The notes beneath the pieces are model-generated. The model had not been told where the DNA came from. It saw only the letters and a list, made by a program, of their open reading frames with translations, and ran no database searches. Below are positions 42,533 to 51,635 of a stretch of DNA of 64,000 nucleotides, piece after piece. The position numbers and the translations under genes are program-made. The stretch spans positions 87,121 to 151,120 of the forward strand of contig DBWR01000070.1 in assembly GCA_002309305.1 (NCBI GenBank), read 5' to 3'. Positions within the stretch are counted from its first letter, which is position 1. Each line of letters opens with the position of its first letter. This stretch comes from Treponema sp. UBA1233. Its GTDB lineage: Bacteria > Spirochaetota > Spirochaetia > Treponematales > Treponemataceae.

Positions 42533-43831
42533 ATGAGACAAAAAAAATATATACTAGGTATTATTGTAACATCAATCATCTTTGCTGCGTGTTCTTCTTA
42601 TCCTCCAGCTGAATACGATTATGAGGATATATCATATAATCCTTCTGTAGTTGAGCTAGAGAAAACAGGTATACCGATCATACAGATTGTTACAAAGGAT
42701 GGTCATACAATTGATTCTAAATCTGAATGGAAAACTGCTCTCTTTGAAGTGATAGGAAATCAGTGTGGTTTTGAAGATTTAACAATAGATGTTATGAAAA
42801 TTAAGGGAAGAGGAAATACTTCATGGGGACTGCCAAAAAAGCCTTATTCTATAAAGTTAGATTCCGGAACGAAAATTCTTGGGATGAAAAAAAGTAAAAG
42901 ATGGGTGTTGATTGCAAATTACAGTGATAAATCACTTTTAAGAAATTATTTTGCATCTTATCTGGGAAATAATTTGTATAACACATGTTGGAATCCTTCG
43001 TTTAAATCGGTTCATCTTATTCTAAATGGAAGTTACAGAGGTGTATATCTTTTTGGCGAACAGATAAAGATTGATAAAAATCGAGTAAACATAAACGACA
43101 TAAGTAAAACTGGGGTTGACGAGGGAGGTTTTATTTTTGAAATCAATGAGAGACTTGATGAAAAATTTAATTTCACTACAAAAAAGGGTGTTTGCATAAG
43201 CTTAAAGGATCCGGATGATGTTGATGTTGAGATTCAACAAAGAGTTCAGACTTCGATACAGACGGCTGAAGATGTTCTTTTTGGAAAGAATTTTGATGAT
43301 CCTGTAAATGGGTGGAGAAAGTATTTTGATGAAGAATCTATAATAGATTGGTATCTTACGAATGAAATTACAAAAAATATAGATGCGGCACACTATGGAT
43401 CGATATATTTTTACTATGAACCAAGTGACGGTCTTTTTCACATGGGACCAAGTTGGGATTTTGATATTTCTTGCGGTAATGTCTACTATGATGGTGGAGA
43501 TAAATATACCGGCCTTTTTGTGAAAGAAAATTCTGTTTGGGTAAAAAGAATGTTTTCAGATTCAGAATTTGTCGACAACGTTAAACAGAGGTGGAATTTA
43601 ACAAAGCAAGATCTTTATGGCTTTATAAATACTTGGATTCCTGAACAGGCAGCGTTACTAGAGAATGCTGCTGACCATAACTTCAAAAAATGGCAGATTC
43701 TCGGGAACTATGTTTGGCCAAATGAGTTTGGATATTCCGAAAGAAAAACCTATCAAAGTGAGGTTGATTATCTTAAAAACTGGCTGAACTTACGTTATGC
43801 TTATTTTGATAAGGCTATAAATAATCTTTAG
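42533..43831 (+). CDS. CotH-kinase-family lipoprotein
   Basis: Lipobox IFAAC; IKGRGN, WVLIANYSDKS, GPSWDFD. Confidence 0.87.
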   Translation: MRQKKYILGIIVTSIIFAACSSYPPAEYDYEDISYNPSVVELEKTGIPIIQIVTKDGHTIDSKSEWKTALFEVIGNQCGFEDLTIDVMKIKGRGNTSWGLPKKPYSIKLDSGTKILGMKKSKRWVLIANYSDKSLLRNYFASYLGNNLYNTCWNPSFKSVHLILNGSYRGVYLFGEQIKIDKNRVNINDISKTGVDEGGFIFEINERLDEKFNFTTKKGVCISLKDPDDVDVEIQQRVQTSIQTAEDVLFGKNFDDPVNGWRKYFDEESIIDWYLTNEITKNIDAAHYGSIYFYYEPSDGLFHMGPSWDFDISCGNVYYDGGDKYTGLFVKENSVWVKRMFSDSEFVDNVKQRWNLTKQDLYGFINTWIPEQAALLENAADHNFKKWQILGNYVWPNEFGYSERKTYQSEVDYLKNWLNLRYAYFDKAINNL

Positions 43832-43921
43832 TAGGGATGATTTATCGTCTGTCTGATTCGAAGATATATTCAATAACTTTTTTATGAAAAAAAATGGTGG
43901 GGTTTTTCCTTTAAAAAATCT

Positions 43922-44998
43922 TCACCCCCTGACTCCCTTCACCCATTCATCGCTGGTGAGGTACCAGTTCACCGTCATCTCCAGGCCCTGCTCAAACGGG
44001 AGCTTGCGCTGCCAGCCGAGCTCTGTCTTGATTTTGGTGCAGTCGATGGCATAGCGGAGGTCATGTCCGGGACGGTCCTTCACATAATCTATTGTTGAGC
44101 GGACTTCTTCCTCGCTTTTGCCCAGATGCTTTGATGCAAGCTCAATCAGCTTGTTTACCAGACGGATGTTCTGCCATTCGTTTTCGCCGCCGATGTTGTA
44201 TTTTTCTCCGGTGCGGCCGCTGTTGACGATCTGCCATACCGCGCGGTTGTGGTCCTCTACGTAAATCCAGTCGCGGATGTTTTCTCCCTTGCCGTAGACG
44301 GGGAGCCTCTTTCCGTCCCTGATGTTCAGTATCATGAGCGGAATCATTTTTTCCGGATACTGGTAGGGGCCGTAGTTGTTGGTGCAGTTGGAAAGGGTTA
44401 TGGGAAGTCCAAAGGTGTGGTAGTAGGACATCACTATGTGGTCGCTGGATGCCTTACTGGCCGAGTATGGGGATCGCGGGTCATAAGGTGTGGTTTCCTT
44501 GAAGTATCCGTCCTTTCCGAGTGAGCCGTAAACTTCGTCCGTTGAAATGTGGTGGAAGAGGACATCTTCCCTGGTGTTGTCAAGCGAAACGTTCCAGTAC
44601 CTGCGGGCCACGTCAAGAAGGGTGTAGGTTCCCATCACGTTTGTCCTGATGAATGCCTCAGGTCCCATTATGGAGCGGTCAACATGGCTTTCCGCCGCAA
44701 AATGAATTACGGTGTCCACGTCGTATTTCTTAAAGATCGCCTCAATCTTTTCCCTGTCGCAGATGTCAACTTTTTCAAAAAAGTATCTCTTTCCGCCGAA
44801 TTCCTCTTCAACCTGGGCAAGGTTTGCCGGATTTCCCGCATAGGTAAGGCAGTCCACGTTTATGATGTTGCCTTCAAATCCTGAATCCATGAATTCCCTG
44901 CTGCCTGTAGCGCTTTTTCCAAACAGATAGTTGATGAAGTTGCTTCCGATAAAGCCGCAGCCACCGGTTACCAGAATGTTGTGAAGACGTCTTTTCAT
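43922..44998 (-). CDS. rfbB: dTDP-glucose 4,6-dehydratase
   Basis: TGGCGFIG, AAESHVDRS, STDEVYG, YSASK, RPGHDLRY. Confidence 0.96.
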   Translation of the reverse strand: MKRRLHNILVTGGCGFIGSNFINYLFGKSATGSREFMDSGFEGNIINVDCLTYAGNPANLAQVEEEFGGKRYFFEKVDICDREKIEAIFKKYDVDTVIHFAAESHVDRSIMGPEAFIRTNVMGTYTLLDVARRYWNVSLDNTREDVLFHHISTDEVYGSLGKDGYFKETTPYDPRSPYSASKASSDHIVMSYYHTFGLPITLSNCTNNYGPYQYPEKMIPLMILNIRDGKRLPVYGKGENIRDWIYVEDHNRAVWQIVNSGRTGEKYNIGGENEWQNIRLVNKLIELASKHLGKSEEEVRSTIDYVKDRPGHDLRYAIDCTKIKTELGWQRKLPFEQGLEMTVNWYLTSDEWVKGVRG

Positions 44999-45012
44999 TC
45001 GATTAACTCCTA

Positions 45013-45993
45013 TTACCGCGGACAGAATCTTGTCGACTTGATGAATTTCTCAAGGCTGTCTTCCCATGAAGGGATTTTTATCTTCATGGACGAAAGCAGC
45101 TTGTCCTTGCTCAAAACTGAATAATAAGGCCTTAGGGCGCGGGTGGGGTAATCTGTGGTTGCGCATGGTTCTACGGTGCATTCGTTTGTAATCCTCTTGT
45201 ATTTTTTTCCGAACTCACAGATGCGGCGTGCAAAATCGTACCAGGTTGTCTCGCCAAGGTTAGTGTAGTTGTAAAGTCCATAGGGAATCGCGGAATTCTT
45301 TCCGAAAAGGCGTGTCGCGTTTGCGGAGGTTTCGATAATCTTTATTATCAGGGAAGCAAGATCCACGGCGTTTGTGGGGCATCCCTTCTGGTCATTGACG
45401 ACCTTTATCGACTGGTTCTGGTTCATCTGCTTTGTCATGGAATATACGAAGTTGTCTCCGTCAAAGCCATAGAGCCATGAGGTCCTGAGAATGTAGTACT
45501 GGGTCATTTCCTTTTGAATAAGGTCCTCACCCTCGCTTTTTGAGCGGCCGTAAGCGCTAAGGGGGGCTTTTGCATCGTCCTCCTTGTACGGCCTGTTGGT
45601 CCTTCCGTCAAATACGTAGTCGGTTGAAATGTGTATGAGTTTTGCACCGATTTTTCGTGTGGCGCGTGCGATGTTCAGCGCTCCCTGTGCGTTCAGTTTC
45701 TGGGCAAGTTCCTGGTTTTCCTCCGCATCATCCACAGCGGTATAGCCGGCACAGTTTATGACCCATGTTATTTTCTGCGGAACAAAGCCTTTTGCGGCCG
45801 TGCTTCCTGTTCTGTTTGCGGAACGGTCATGTGACTCTGCAAAGTCATCAAGCGCCTCAGGATTTGTTATGTCAACCTCGGAATCACTTCCAACCCAGAC
45901 AATAGATTTTTCCTCAAGCTGCTTTGTAATCTCCTGTCCAAGCATCCCCTTGCTACCAATAACCCATATCATGTCAGTACCTCGTTCCATCAC
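45013..45993 (-). CDS. rfbD: dTDP-4-dehydrorhamnose reductase
   Basis: GSKGMLG, NCAGYTAVD, STDYVFDG, YGRSK, RPYYSVL. Confidence 0.93.
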   Translation of the reverse strand: MMERGTDMIWVIGSKGMLGQEITKQLEEKSIVWVGSDSEVDITNPEALDDFAESHDRSANRTGSTAAKGFVPQKITWVINCAGYTAVDDAEENQELAQKLNAQGALNIARATRKIGAKLIHISTDYVFDGRTNRPYKEDDAKAPLSAYGRSKSEGEDLIQKEMTQYYILRTSWLYGFDGDNFVYSMTKQMNQNQSIKVVNDQKGCPTNAVDLASLIIKIIETSANATRLFGKNSAIPYGLYNYTNLGETTWYDFARRICEFGKKYKRITNECTVEPCATTDYPTRALRPYYSVLSKDKLLSSMKIKIPSWEDSLEKFIKSTRFCPR

Positions 45994-46080
45994 ACTCTCC
46001 CTTTAAAAACACAATCAGTTTACCCCAATTCGGCCATTTTTTCAAGTACGGGCATGTTTTCAGCCAATGTGCCGTGAATA

Positions 46081-46109
46081 TTGCCCAAGATTCCTTTTTA
46101 TGCTAAAGT
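46081..46109 (+). promoter_or_regulatory. Probable leaderless extended -10 promoter of coaD
   Basis: TTGCCC-17 nt-TAAAGT with TGn, ending 6 nt before the ATG; no SD. Confidence 0.55.
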
Positions 46110-46115
46110 GGCATT

Positions 46116-46592
46116 ATGCTTGCAGTTTTTCCAGGATCCTTTGATCCGCCCACTTTGGGACATTTGAACATTATAGAGCGCACCAGCCGCCTGTTTGACA
46201 CCATAGACGTGGCAATCGCTGTCAATCCGGAAAAGAAATACCTTTTTTCCGCGGAAGAGAGGATGGCCCTGCTAAAGGAAATGACTCATGGCTTGGGAAA
46301 CGTCACCGTACACATCTGCAATACCCTTATAAGCGAATACTGCCGTTCTGTGGGGGCCAAGGTCCTTTTGAGGGGAATCCGCAACACAAACGACTTTTCC
46401 TATGAATTTGACCTCTCCCTCATCAACCGCTCAATCAATCAGGATGTGGAAACGCTCTTTGTTCCGACGGAGCAGAGGTACTTTCTGATCCGTTCAAGCA
46501 GTATAAAGGAACTTGCTCGTTTTGGAGGAGACATTTCCGCAATGGTTCCCCCGTGTGTGGAAAAGGCGATAAAGGAAAAATATCGTCATTGA
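46116..46592 (+). CDS. coaD: Pantetheine-phosphate adenylyltransferase
   Basis: FPGSFDPPTLGH, RGIRNTNDFSYE, SSSIKE. Confidence 0.96.
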   Translation: MLAVFPGSFDPPTLGHLNIIERTSRLFDTIDVAIAVNPEKKYLFSAEERMALLKEMTHGLGNVTVHICNTLISEYCRSVGAKVLLRGIRNTNDFSYEFDLSLINRSINQDVETLFVPTEQRYFLIRSSSIKELARFGGDISAMVPPCVEKAIKEKYRH

Positions 46593-46671
46593 GCCTGTAG
46601 TCGTCCGATGGCTGGAGAATGGGCATTCAATTTTTTTTTCGACAAAATTTAAAAAAATGTCAGAAATTCTA

Positions 46672-46733
46672 TTGACAGTTATGCGTATTTTTCTATATAA
46701 TTATTGACATGAAATGGGAATCTGTAGTAATAT
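46672..46733 (+). promoter_or_regulatory. Tandem sigma70 promoters upstream of rpmF
   Basis: TTGACA-18-TATAAT (46672-46701) and TTGACA-18-TAATAT (46704-46733). Confidence 0.65.
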
Positions 46734-46782
46734 ATACGACGTTATACAGACGACTAAAAATTTATAGCGAGGTTATATAATT

Positions 46783-46971
46783 ATGGCAGTACCTAGATCA
46801 AAAACATCAAAGGCCGTTACAAAAAGAAGAAGAGGTGTTAACATGCATCTTGCTACACCGAATCTTGTTGCCTGTGCCAACTGTGGAAACCTGGTTCTTC
46901 CGCACCACGTGTGCCCGAAATGTGGTTTCTATCGTGGACGTCAGGTGATTACTCCAGAAGTCAACGGCTAA
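46783..46971 (+). CDS. rpmF: 50S ribosomal protein L32
   Basis: MAVPRSKTSK; CxxC...CxxC zinc ribbon. Confidence 0.97.
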   Translation: MAVPRSKTSKAVTKRRRGVNMHLATPNLVACANCGNLVLPHHVCPKCGFYRGRQVITPEVNG

Positions 46972-46989
46972 CATTAAAGGAGATTAAAA

Positions 46990-47226
46990 ATGGACGAATT
47001 GTTTGAGAAAATCCAGAAGTTGATTGCAGACAAGCTCGGTATTAGCGAAGACAAGGTTACTCTTGAGGCAACTTTCCGCGGTGATTTGGGAGCAGATAGC
47101 CTGGATCTTTATGATTTGGTATTTGCCATCGAAGCAGAAATCGGCGTACACATCCCGGATGAAAAGGCAAATGAATTTGAGACTGTAAAGGATGCATACG
47201 AATACATCAAGTCTCAGAAGCAGTAA
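46990..47226 (+). CDS. acpP: Acyl carrier protein
   Basis: DLGADSLD phosphopantetheine site. Confidence 0.95.
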   Translation: MDELFEKIQKLIADKLGISEDKVTLEATFRGDLGADSLDLYDLVFAIEAEIGVHIPDEKANEFETVKDAYEYIKSQKQ

Positions 47227-47248
47227 TCTGTTTTAGACTTAATCAAAG

Positions 47249-47277
47249 AGCACGGTACTTGTTACTGTGCTTTTTTT
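47249..47277 (+). terminator. Intrinsic terminator after acpP
   Basis: AGCACGGTA/TACTGTGCT stem followed by a T-run. Confidence 0.8.
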
Positions 47278-47289
47278 GTTTGTGACTGT

Positions 47290-48036
47290 ATGAACGCACG
47301 CGATTTGTTTTACGAAAAAAAGAAGCTGGACCCGGAACGAAAGAAAGAGCTCAAGGCATTCTGCAGGAATTTGGGACTGTCATTCAACAACCTGAACATT
47401 CTGGATCTGGCTTTCCACCACCGATCATTTTCAAATGAAAACACCGAACATCACCGTTACAACAACGAGAGGCTGGAATTCCTCGGTGATTCTGTCCTGG
47501 GGCTTGTTACCGCCGCCTTTTTGTATGAGGACATGATGGACAACCCCGAGGGTGATTTGGCCAAAATAAAGGCGAACGTCGTAAGCGAAAAATCCCTGGC
47601 TCCAATTGCAAGGGACGTGATGCACATAGACCAGTACCTGATTCTGGGCAAAGGGGAGGAGCTTTCGGGAGGAAGGCAGAAACCCGCGATTCTTGCCGAT
47701 GCAGTGGAAGCCGTCATAGGAGCCCTGTATCTGGATTCAGGATATGATGCCGCAGAAAAACTCGTCCTTAAACTGATTGTACCTGAAATCCGCAAGGTTC
47801 AGCAGGACAAGGGCAACAAAGACTACAAATCCCTCCTGCAGGAATATTATCAGAAAAAGTACCGCACATGCCCCGTATATGAGCTTGTAAAGACCACAGG
47901 ACCCGACCACGACAGGACATTCTGGGTCACCGTCCACCTTGGAACCATCTCGTATGGTCCAGAAAGCGGAAAAAGCAAAAAATCAGCGGAACAGGAAGTA
48001 GCCCGTAGCGCCTGTAAAATCCTGAAAATTGAATAG
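47290..48036 (+). CDS. rnc: Ribonuclease III
   Basis: NERLEFLGDSVLG; dsRBD DYKSLLQE...AEQ. Confidence 0.97.
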   Translation: MNARDLFYEKKKLDPERKKELKAFCRNLGLSFNNLNILDLAFHHRSFSNENTEHHRYNNERLEFLGDSVLGLVTAAFLYEDMMDNPEGDLAKIKANVVSEKSLAPIARDVMHIDQYLILGKGEELSGGRQKPAILADAVEAVIGALYLDSGYDAAEKLVLKLIVPEIRKVQQDKGNKDYKSLLQEYYQKKYRTCPVYELVKTTGPDHDRTFWVTVHLGTISYGPESGKSKKSAEQEVARSACKILKIE

Positions 48037-48093
48037 AAAATCATAGAACGATACGAAAAAACACCCCAAAAGAAACAATTTTGAACAAAAGGC

Positions 48094-48123
48094 AAAAAAA
48101 AATCCTTCCGTTTGTGGAAGGAT
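48094..48123 (-). terminator. Intrinsic terminator after tRNA-Gly
   Basis: Perfect 8-bp stem ATCCTTCC/GGAAGGAT followed by a T-run on the minus strand. Confidence 0.8.
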
Positions 48124-48127
48124 CTAG

Positions 48128-48200
48128 AGCGGTAGAAGGGAGTCGAACCCTCGTCTCCAGCTTGGAAGGCTGGGGTAATGAGCCGTTATACGACTACCGC
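48128..48200 (-). tRNA. tRNA-Gly(TCC)
   Basis: GCGGTAG/CTACCGC acceptor stem, anticodon loop CTTCCAA, GGTTCGA T-loop, U73; CCA not encoded. Confidence 0.96.
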
Positions 48201-48215
48201 AAAACTTATGACACT

Positions 48216-48244
48216 ACTATATCAAATTGAAATAATAATGTCAA
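48216..48244 (-). promoter_or_regulatory. tRNA-Gly promoter
   Basis: TTGACA-17 nt-TATAGT. Confidence 0.75.
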
Positions 48245-48255
48245 GTAGCTTGTTG

Positions 48256-49386
48256 TTAAATCTTAAAGTGGATGCCCAATGCACCGCTCCAGATGAAGTC
48301 GGTGTAGTTACCCTTGTCAAAGAGGCTCCTGATGTCGGCACAAAGGCTCATCGTAAGCTGCATCTTCCAGAGGTTAAGGCCGCATCCCGCATAAACCTGG
48401 GGCTGTATGCCAGAGAAATCCCACTTGCCGTCCTTATGCGTGTCAGACAGTCCGGTTGCAGTAACAGAGCCGCTGTCACTGTCAGAAACTGTTGCTGATG
48501 GGGTAGAACTATTCCTTGTATCAATATTCCAGTTCCAGTCGCACGCCGTATTGCTTAGTATTCCCCTTGTTCCAGCAAACAAAGTGGCAATTGCCAGATC
48601 TTTGGAAACCTGGGCTTGAAGATATAATACCTGTGTCTGGAATCCAAATCCCAAATCAATAGATGTAGTCTGTTGTGTTCCGTATATATCTTGTTTCTGG
48701 TCAGTATGAACTTTTACAAGTCCTTTCGTATATGCATAACCTGCACCGATGGAAACTGCAGGAATGGCTCCATTTTCTTCCAGAAGCCTTATCCTGAAGT
48801 CGCCTCCAATGCTGAAATAGTCAATTGAACCGTCAAAACCGAGTAAATCAAATGTAATGGCCTGGCTCATATTTAGAATTGTACTTGGATCATCAAGTTT
48901 TACTGCAAAGATGTTGGGGTTTGTCATTATTGCAAAAATTCCTATGTCAAAGGGAATTCCAAAACCTCCAAGACGAAAGTCTAGGGAAACTGACGGAAAA
49001 ACGAATTTGTCAGGAATGTCCCCAAAGTCAACGTCATCAAGATGGTCGGCACCAAAATAGGTCCATAGAGATGTCACATTATTAAAATCATCAGCAATTT
49101 CATTTGCCGCTGCCTTGAATCCCGTCATGTTTATTGCGGTTCCTCCAAGTGAAAGACCACCGCCAAGGTGCGGATGGATGGAAGGAAAGAGGTTTCCGAT
49201 ATGTGCGTCTGCCCATACGTTCATTTGTGTGGCGGCTTCCGGAGCTGCAACCATTATTTCTTTTGCAAAATCATTTAATCCGTTAGAAATTGTTTCCTTC
49301 TGATCGGATGTAAGCATCTGTGCGAATACTGAAAGTGTTGCCGTAAAAAGAACGGCGGTCAAAATGTATTTCCTAATGTTTTTCAT
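48256..49386 (-). CDS. Exported protein, candidate outer-membrane beta-barrel
   Basis: Signal peptide ending VFA; alternating amphipathic strands; C-terminal WSGALGIHFKI. Confidence 0.55.
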   Translation of the reverse strand: MKNIRKYILTAVLFTATLSVFAQMLTSDQKETISNGLNDFAKEIMVAAPEAATQMNVWADAHIGNLFPSIHPHLGGGLSLGGTAINMTGFKAAANEIADDFNNVTSLWTYFGADHLDDVDFGDIPDKFVFPSVSLDFRLGGFGIPFDIGIFAIMTNPNIFAVKLDDPSTILNMSQAITFDLLGFDGSIDYFSIGGDFRIRLLEENGAIPAVSIGAGYAYTKGLVKVHTDQKQDIYGTQQTTSIDLGFGFQTQVLYLQAQVSKDLAIATLFAGTRGILSNTACDWNWNIDTRNSSTPSATVSDSDSGSVTATGLSDTHKDGKWDFSGIQPQVYAGCGLNLWKMQLTMSLCADIRSLFDKGNYTDFIWSGALGIHFKI

Positions 49387-49460
49387 AAAATACCTCCATC
49401 ACTCAATTCTCCTATGTAAATTCTAATACAAATTAAGATAAAAAACAAGGCATCCGGGGT

Positions 49461-50132
49461 TTATTTTTGCTGGAGTATGGCAAAGACGAACAAGACCGCA
49501 TTGTACATGAAATGGGCGATTGTGCAGGTCCAGATTGAAAGGGACTTTTTCCTGCAGATTCGTAGTATCATTCCACCCAAAAAGGCGTTAAGGACGGGCA
49601 GGAGTCCAAGATAGCGGTGTGACATGGCAAAAACCACCACGCACAAGCCTTCGCTTAGATTAGAGCGGAATTTCCTTCCCCTGGAAAACATCAGCATGGT
49701 TTCCGGCAGATATTCGCGGTAAAGCACCTCCTCATAAAAAGCCCCCGTCAGAAGGTTGAGAAAGGCCACTATGCAGCTTTTTGAGTCAAGGTTGAAGTCA
49801 AATACGGTTTCATTGTATTTAAGCGGCAGAACCAGGGAAATTGCCTGAAAAAGGGCCTGGGTTATCATGAGAAGGCCAAAGCAGATGGCAGACCACGACA
49901 GGAATAAGACAGTCTTTCTGAATTTGCCGTTCTGTTCTTGAGGTGTTTTTTTTATGACATATATCTGTTGATAATATAAAAAAATGGCGATAATCAAACG
50001 TAGGAGAAGATATGGACTGATTTTCCCGTTGTTTGCAATTGCGGCAGACGTACCCGGATTTACCAGAAGCGGGGGAATAACGAGAAAAATCAAAATAACG
50101 ATCCATTCTAATATCAGAAATTTATTCTTCAT
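49461..50132 (-). CDS. CPBP (CAAX/Abi) intramembrane metalloprotease
   Basis: EEVLYR, FAMSH, AHFMYN. Confidence 0.85.
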   Translation of the reverse strand: MKNKFLILEWIVILIFLVIPPLLVNPGTSAAIANNGKISPYLLLRLIIAIFLYYQQIYVIKKTPQEQNGKFRKTVLFLSWSAICFGLLMITQALFQAISLVLPLKYNETVFDFNLDSKSCIVAFLNLLTGAFYEEVLYREYLPETMLMFSRGRKFRSNLSEGLCVVVFAMSHRYLGLLPVLNAFLGGMILRICRKKSLSIWTCTIAHFMYNAVLFVFAILQQK

Positions 50133-50186
50133 TTTAGTGTCACCATAACGTGCATTATTATAAATGAATAATTAAGAGAGGTCAAT

Positions 50187-51524
50187 TTGAGCAGTCTGAT
50201 AGCTTTTTTAATCATCGTTGCCGTAGTCGCAATTATAGCCCGAATTTACGTGGTAAACGATACAAAGATAAAATTCTACACAAAGGGCATGGACTCCGAT
50301 TTTAAGCTGGGAGAAATCAACACCCTCTGGAAACTCGCAAAGAAAACAAAGCTGGAGGAACCAATCTCTCTGTTCCTTTCTACAAGCGTACTGAATGACT
50401 GCATTTCCCAGATAATAACCGAGGCAAAGAGCAACAATACGGAAAACAGCTACCAGACACAGCAGTTCCTCTCCAAACTGTATAAATACCGCACCAGGAT
50501 AACCCTTGACCATGAAGGCAAAAAGGGACTTGAAGATACACGTTCGCTGGATGCAGGACAGAGGCTCAGGATCATCCTTCCCGGAAAGGGAGTGTTTGCT
50601 TCCGTGGTCCTGAACAATGGCCGGGAACTTGTTGTTTCACTTCCACGTCAGGAAGACAAGAAAAACAAGCGCTTTACGGTTCTGGAAGGAGAGATGTGGG
50701 AAGACCATCATATTTCAGTATATTTCTGGCGCAAGGGTGATGCAGGTTATGCATTTGACACCCAGGTGTTCGGGGCAGGTGTGTTCCAGGGGCAGGACTG
50801 TCTTTTCCTGAGGCACAGCAACAAGCTTGACCGTGCGCAAAAGAGGCAGTCAGTTCGCTGCGTATGCAACATCTACGCCCAGATGTACATGATAAAGTCA
50901 GAGGTAGTTGACTACAATGCCGTGGATACCGAAGAAGGATACCGCTGTCTGCTTGAGGACATCAGCGAAGACGGAGCAATGATCCGCATTGGTGGAATAG
51001 GAAAGCAGAATGCAAGAATCAAGCTGCAGTTTGAGCTTCAGGACACCTTCATCATGATGTACGGAATCATACGTGCAGTTGAATACAACAAGGTAATCGA
51101 CCAGTCACGCCTGCATTTTGAATGCACACACATAGATCCGACGATGAAGAACGCCATCCTTTCTTACGTATACAATGTCATTCCTGAAAATGAAAAGGAC
51201 ATCAACGAGGCCCTTATTGCTTCAGAAGAAGACAGCTACAAGGAAGAACTTCCATCCGGTGTTGTGATCGACATAAATCCGGATTATTCAACAGCTGTAC
51301 CTGAGACAAAGCCGGAAGAAGCCCCAGAGGCAAATGTGGAGGCAAATCCTGCTCCTGCCGAAGAACCGGTGGAAAAGCTTTCAAAAAGCGCTCCAAAACC
51401 AAAGCTGAATCCTGCAAACGACCCCAGCGTGGAAATCGTAAAGGGAGACGATTCGTTCGGCATGGGAGGAGTTCCCAACACCGATGCGCAGGACATTCTG
51501 GAAAGAATAAACCTTGACAAGTGA
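50187..51524 (+). CDS. PilZ-domain c-di-GMP receptor (YcgR/flagellar-brake-like) with N-terminal TM
   Basis: RAQKRQSVR (RxxxR) and DISEDG (DxSxxG); acidic, Pro-rich tail. Confidence 0.8.
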   Translation: MSSLIAFLIIVAVVAIIARIYVVNDTKIKFYTKGMDSDFKLGEINTLWKLAKKTKLEEPISLFLSTSVLNDCISQIITEAKSNNTENSYQTQQFLSKLYKYRTRITLDHEGKKGLEDTRSLDAGQRLRIILPGKGVFASVVLNNGRELVVSLPRQEDKKNKRFTVLEGEMWEDHHISVYFWRKGDAGYAFDTQVFGAGVFQGQDCLFLRHSNKLDRAQKRQSVRCVCNIYAQMYMIKSEVVDYNAVDTEEGYRCLLEDISEDGAMIRIGGIGKQNARIKLQFELQDTFIMMYGIIRAVEYNKVIDQSRLHFECTHIDPTMKNAILSYVYNVIPENEKDINEALIASEEDSYKEELPSGVVIDINPDYSTAVPETKPEEAPEANVEANPAPAEEPVEKLSKSAPKPKLNPANDPSVEIVKGDDSFGMGGVPNTDAQDILERINLDK

Positions 51525-51635
51525 AATTTATAAAAAAAATCAAATTTTTTCATGCATTTTTGTTAAAAAACACTAGGGCCGGTACTATATAATATATATA
51601 GACCGGTTTTTATTTTTCCGGCTGCAAGAGGACAA

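Noticed and set aside
48128-48200. tRNA-Gly or tRNA-Leu as island integration sites
   Set aside because: No integrase and no duplicated tRNA 3' end seen; flanking genes are housekeeping.
49461-50132. CPBP/Abi protein as a phage-defence gene
   Set aside because: The family name is historical and the context is housekeeping.
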